NCBI RefSeq assembly: GCF_009914755.1
Contig: NC_060935.1
From: the human T2T-CHM13v2.0 reference genome, Homo sapiens
Direction: 5' to 3' (one strand)
Length of the DNA stretch: 64,000 bases
The notes beneath the pieces are model-generated. The model was not told the origin of the DNA. It saw only the letters and a program-made list of their open reading frames with translations, and searched no databases. Shown piece after piece: positions 59,475 through 64,000 of this stretch. The translations under genes were made by a program, and so were the position numbers. Position 1 is the first letter of the stretch. Every line of letters begins with the position of its first letter.

Positions 59475-60671
59475 TACTTAGAAAGAAGAAAGGGCTGTGA
59501 CCTCAAATTCCAGGTGGGTCCAGGAAGTTAATACCCTCACCAAGTCTCATAATCACCCCAAACCAAGAACTCACCGACAGTGGAATTATTGAGACTGATT
59601 TATAGGTTTGATCTTTATTGAGTTTGATTATTACAGAGTGGGATCTGATTAATACTGGGATCTGATCACTATAGGGTCTGTTCTATAGATTTATGGGTGT
59701 GTGGCTCATGCATCGTTAGCCTAGTACAGTGCAAGGTACATAGTAGGTGCTTTATGTGTATTTTTTCACCGAGTAAATCGACGGTCTGATCATCCTGCTT
59801 TGTAACAAAACCTTCTTTCACACTAAGTTTTATACATTGGGTACACATTAGGCCCTCAATAGTGGGTTAGCTGGTGCTGACAACTGTAGCCTGTGACAAA
59901 GCGCTCTTTGTGGATATAAGGACCTCAGGGTCAGGATATGCTGCAAGAGGAAGCTGGAGAGTTCCCCTTTCTCAGCCAGAAAATGTGCTTAGAGAGAAAG
60001 CTGGCCAAGGACTTCTGATTGTGGCCCAGACCCTTGACAGAAATGATCTGTGCCATTGTTTACCCTCCTGAGAGACACCAAGACCCTGCCATGGCTGAAC
60101 CCTGGAAACAGCTTCTGCTCCAACTCTCTACTGTGGCTGTGGGCCCGGATATCCCAGGAGACAGACTTCCCCTACATCAATCCTGGCAGGCAGCAGCACA
60201 GCTGCGGCACCATCTCCAGAAGCTGTTAACGACCTTTGCCCTCTGACTCGCTGCAGGAAGAAAGCAATAAACAGTGGTCTGGGGAAGTTGTCAGGAAGTG
60301 ACCCCAAAAGGCACAGGGGCCACTGACTGGAAATGAGCAAGGCAGAAGTGAATTTCCTGGCCTGTACAACCCCTGCTCAGAGGTTTCACTGCAAATACAG
60401 TCTCCATTTTCAGCAGATTCTCAGCTCAGCGTCTCAGTCCGACCTTGGTCGGCTCCCTCTCCCATTCTGCCCCAAAGCCATAATAAACTTCATCCCTCTT
60501 CTCTTGCCCCCATCCCATCCCTTGCTCTCATCAGATGCACTATTTCAAGGAGAAAAGAAAGACACTTATCTGTGAACTCTCTAAACTTCTTACTAGCCTC
60601 GAAACTTACTCCATATGCCTATCCCAACCTCTTTTCCAGGTGTACCTCCTGCTTTGACTTTTCAAAACATA

Positions 60672-61105
60672 AATTATTTATTTATTTAATTTATTTTTGA
60701 GACAGGCTCTCTGTTGCCCAGTCTGGGGTGCAGTGGTGTGATCCTAGCTCACTGCAACTTCGAACTCCTGGGCTCAAGCAATCCTCCTGCCTTAGCCTCC
60801 GGAACAACTAGGACTACAGGCGTGCACCACCATGCCTGGCTAGTTTTTTTATTTTTTGCATAGACAGTGTTTCACTATGTTGCCCAGGCTGGTCTCAAAC
60901 TCCTGGCCTCAACCAGTCCTTCCACCTTGGCCTCCCAAAGTGCCGAGATTACAGGCGTGAACCACTGTGCCTGGCCTTTATTTATTTTTTAAGACAGGCT
61001 CTCACTATGTTGTCCAGGCTGGTTTGGAACTCTTGGGCTCAAGTAATCCTCCTGCCTCAGCCTCCCGAGTAGCTTGGATTACAGGGATGCATCACCATGC
61101 CCATC
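60672..61105 (-). mobile_element. AluJ (60672-60976) plus adjacent FLAM monomer (60977-61105)
   Basis: Antisense Alu dimer followed by a single left-arm-type monomer. Confidence 0.85.
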
Positions 61106-61109
61106 TCTC

Positions 61110-63250
61110 CTGCTATGACTTCTTGATGCTACTTTTCCTGCTTCTCCACCCACTGCTTCCCCCACCACCCACTGCCAGTCTTCCTCCATCTCCCCTTATC
61201 TGCCTGTTCTTACACACTGTTCCCTGGAATCTCTCCTTGGCCTCTTCTCACTCCACACATTCTCTCAGGGCCTTGCCTTTTACTTCAGCCATCGTCTATA
61301 CTTTCACTCTAGACCACTCCTCTGAGATTTCCCAACTTTTACATCCAGATGGCTGCTCAGCACCTCCACCTGGATGTCCCACAGGCACCCTAAATCCGAC
61401 CAGCCCAAAACTAAACTCATGATCATTCCAAACCTGCTCTAATGACTCTTCCATCCACACAGTTGCTAAAGCCAGAAATCAGTTCTTCCCTTTTCTCACC
61501 TGGTATATCAATCAACCAGGGATTAAGTAAGTCCTCATTAACTCTATTTGTCTGTTCCTTTCCATCACCATTATCACCATTCTGACTTAGGCCTGAGCTG
61601 TCCTGAGTTATTGCTCCCCTGCATTATTTTGATTACCTTCTCATAGAGGTCTGACCCTCTGATCTGTACTCTCCACCAGGGTTTCTCAAATTGGCACTAC
61701 TGACATTTTGGACCAGATAATGCTTTATTATGGGAGCTGCTAAGTGCCTTGCAGGATGGTTAGCAGCATTCTCAGCCTCTACCCACTAGATGCCAATAGT
61801 CTCCCACCCATTGTGACAATCAGAAATTTCTCTAGATATTGCTAATATCCCTTCTGGGGGGCAAAGTCACCCCTGGTTATGAACCACTGCTCTACATTGA
61901 CTACCATTTGCATAAACAAATCTGATAATATTGCTATAGAAAAAAGCTCAAACCCTCTGACTTGGCTGAGCCTCCCTGCAGTCTCATCTCCCACCTTCCC
62001 ATCTCCAGTCTTAACTCCAGAGATCCTGAGCCCCTAGTAGGCCCTTGAACAAACTGGGCCCTCCCACACCTCTGTGCACCTCACCTCTGCTTGGAAGCCT
62101 TCCCCCATCTGATACTCTCATAAATTGCTCATTCTTTAAGTCTCAACTCAGGGATCCCTTCCTTCAGGAAAGCACTCATACTGCCTATCTGTACCTCATA
62201 TATATCCCCAAATGGAAATGTTCTTATTGGAATGAAACTATTTCTTTGCACATGAATCTCCCCTCTATAAACTCCTTAAGATGAGGGGAGTGACGCATTC
62301 ATGACTGTATTCCGTGTCTCTAATACAGTGACTAGCACATGGTAGACATTCAATACATGTATATTGAATAAATCAAACATTAAGACTTCTTGTGACAGTT
62401 GTAAACCCCAAATGGTCATTTTTACCCCGATTCTCTATGGTTACTAATAGTAAAAACTCCAGGAAACCACCTGGAGAGTTGCCCTCTTGCTTCAGGCACT
62501 AGTGAGGAGAGAAGTCTGGAAGCCATAGCCCATTGGTCCTGGACAAGAAGGAGAGTAAACACGTGGAAGAGTGGGTGGTGGAGCTGCACAGCAGCAGGCG
62601 AGCAAATATGCAGAGTCTGGCCAGAGGACAAGAGGTCAGCCAGGCCCAGAGCTAGCCTGGAAGTCTATGCCCTGAGGAGATGTTCAAGAGTCTGGTGGAG
62701 TTTGGAGACATAAGGACACTAAGCACCAGCCTCCTAAGAGGACTCCCTGCCCACTGTCCTCTCTCCTGCTGCCATTCTCCACAGTGCAGCCAAAGCAATC
62801 TTTCTTAAAGACATATCAGATTTGCTTAGAGTCCTTCACTTGCTCCCTATGATTTTCAAGATAAAGTTGAATTTGTGACCTGGCTCCTGTCTACTGTCTT
62901 TTCTCATCTCCCCCGACTCTTTCTCATTAGTACAGCTGATGCCAGCCTGAACAATACAGTCTCCTGAACACGTCCTGGTATTTGTTCAGCAGCTCTTTCC
63001 TTAGGCCTGGAGTCTCCATCTGCACACCTCATATTATCCATTTGGCAAAGTTTCATTAGTTCTTCAAGGCCCCTCCTCTGGGCTTCCACAGCACTCATAC
63101 GCCACCTGCTGCAGCACTAGTTGCTGATGTGTCTCCCTATCTAGACTGTGACCACCCTGGGAACAGGATTGTCTCTTTTCTTTGTTCTCTGGGCCTAGCA
63201 CAGTGCTAGGCTTACAGTAGTTAAATAAAATCTTGAACATATGAATCAAG
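61110..63250 (+). mobile_element. L2 fragments interrupted by MER20 (~61677-61889)
   Basis: L2 3' ends GACTAGCACATGGTAGACATTCAATACATG and CCTAGCACAGTGCTAGGC; MER20 CAGGGTTTCTCAAATTGGCACTACTGACATTTTGGACCAGATAAT...GAACCACTG. Confidence 0.65.
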
Positions 63251-63363
63251 GAACGATCTGTCACACACCTGCTGATCCAATCACCCTTAAAGCCAGATAG
63301 CTAACTTAATAAAACCCAACCTGATCATTCACTTCCCAGCTCAAAGAAATTCAGTGATCTCCT

Positions 63364-63590
63364 CGAGGGCAGATCAAGACCATCCTGGCTAACACAGTGA
63401 AACCCCGTCTCTATTAAAAATACAAAAAATTAGCTGGGTGTGGTGGAGGTGCCTGTAGTCCCAGCTACTTGGGAGGCTGAGGCAGGAGAATGGCGTGAAC
63501 CCAGGAGGCAGACTTGCAGTGAGCCCAGATCATGCCACCGCACTCCAGCCTGGGCAACAGAGCGAGACTCCGCCTCAAAAAAAAAAAAAA
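63364..63590 (+). mobile_element. 5'-truncated AluY with ~20-bp TSD
   Basis: AluY diagnostics GACCATCCTGGCTAACAC and GAATGGCGTGAACCC; flanks AAGAAATTCAGTGATCTCCT / AAGAAGTTCAGTGAGCTCCT. Confidence 0.85.
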
Positions 63591-64000
63591 GAAGTTCAGT
63601 GAGCTCCTTTGCTTCCCAAGTAGTCCTAACTACTGCTTTGTGTTCAAGGACTTCTGCAACCTGGCCTCAGAGTGCCTTTCCAGTTTCATGTTCCCTCCAT
63701 TTCTCCAGGACTGACTTGCAGCCAGTATGTGTCTTTCTCAGCCTGTCCAGGGTTCCTGCCTCTTCCCCTGAGAGGCCTTCCTGCTCTGGATATTGAGATA
63801 ATTCTTGCTATCTCTCATTCTCATGTCTGAGACCAAATGGCCTATTAAGGCTCAGCTCTGAGGGCAGGGATGAGGATTTCTTCCAGCACAACCCAGCACT
63901 TGACAAGCAATGGAGGGCCCCATAAATTCTGGTGTCTTCTTTGGGGAACAGAAGCCACATACGTATGTAGAATCTCCATCTCTGCCCTGCAGAACAGCTT

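Overview
Human (primate) genomic DNA, recognisable as the gene-dense chr11p15.4 cluster. The first ~24 kb is an intergenic repeat field: a Tigger1 5' end, a near-full-length old L1 (L1MA-type 3' end) broken by three Alus and a solo MER52 LTR, plus LTR33, MLT, L2, MIR and further Alus. Then come five protein-coding genes, for which I reconstructed every coding exon with GT-AG boundaries and consistent phase. RRP8 (-, 7 exons, 456 aa) is head-to-head with ILK (+, 12 coding exons, 452 aa). ILK is tail-to-tail with TAF10 (-, 5 exons, 218 aa). Upstream of TAF10 on the minus strand are TPP1/CLN2 (13 exons, 563 aa) and exons 3-21 of DCHS1; DCHS1 exons 1-2 lie beyond the right edge. I find no evidence for a wholly new gene system or foreign insert. 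The most interesting non-obvious signals are regulatory and structural: back-to-back poly(A) signals shared by ILK and TAF10, a dense ETS/RUNX/NF-kB/CArG cluster in ILK intron 2, a TPP1 splice acceptor with an A19 run in place of the pyrimidine tract, a repeated acidic-basic-Cys motif in RRP8, a furin-type site in DCHS1, and an Alu-associated deletion inside the L1. Repeat subfamily names are from memory of consensus ends and need RepeatMasker/Dfam confirmation.
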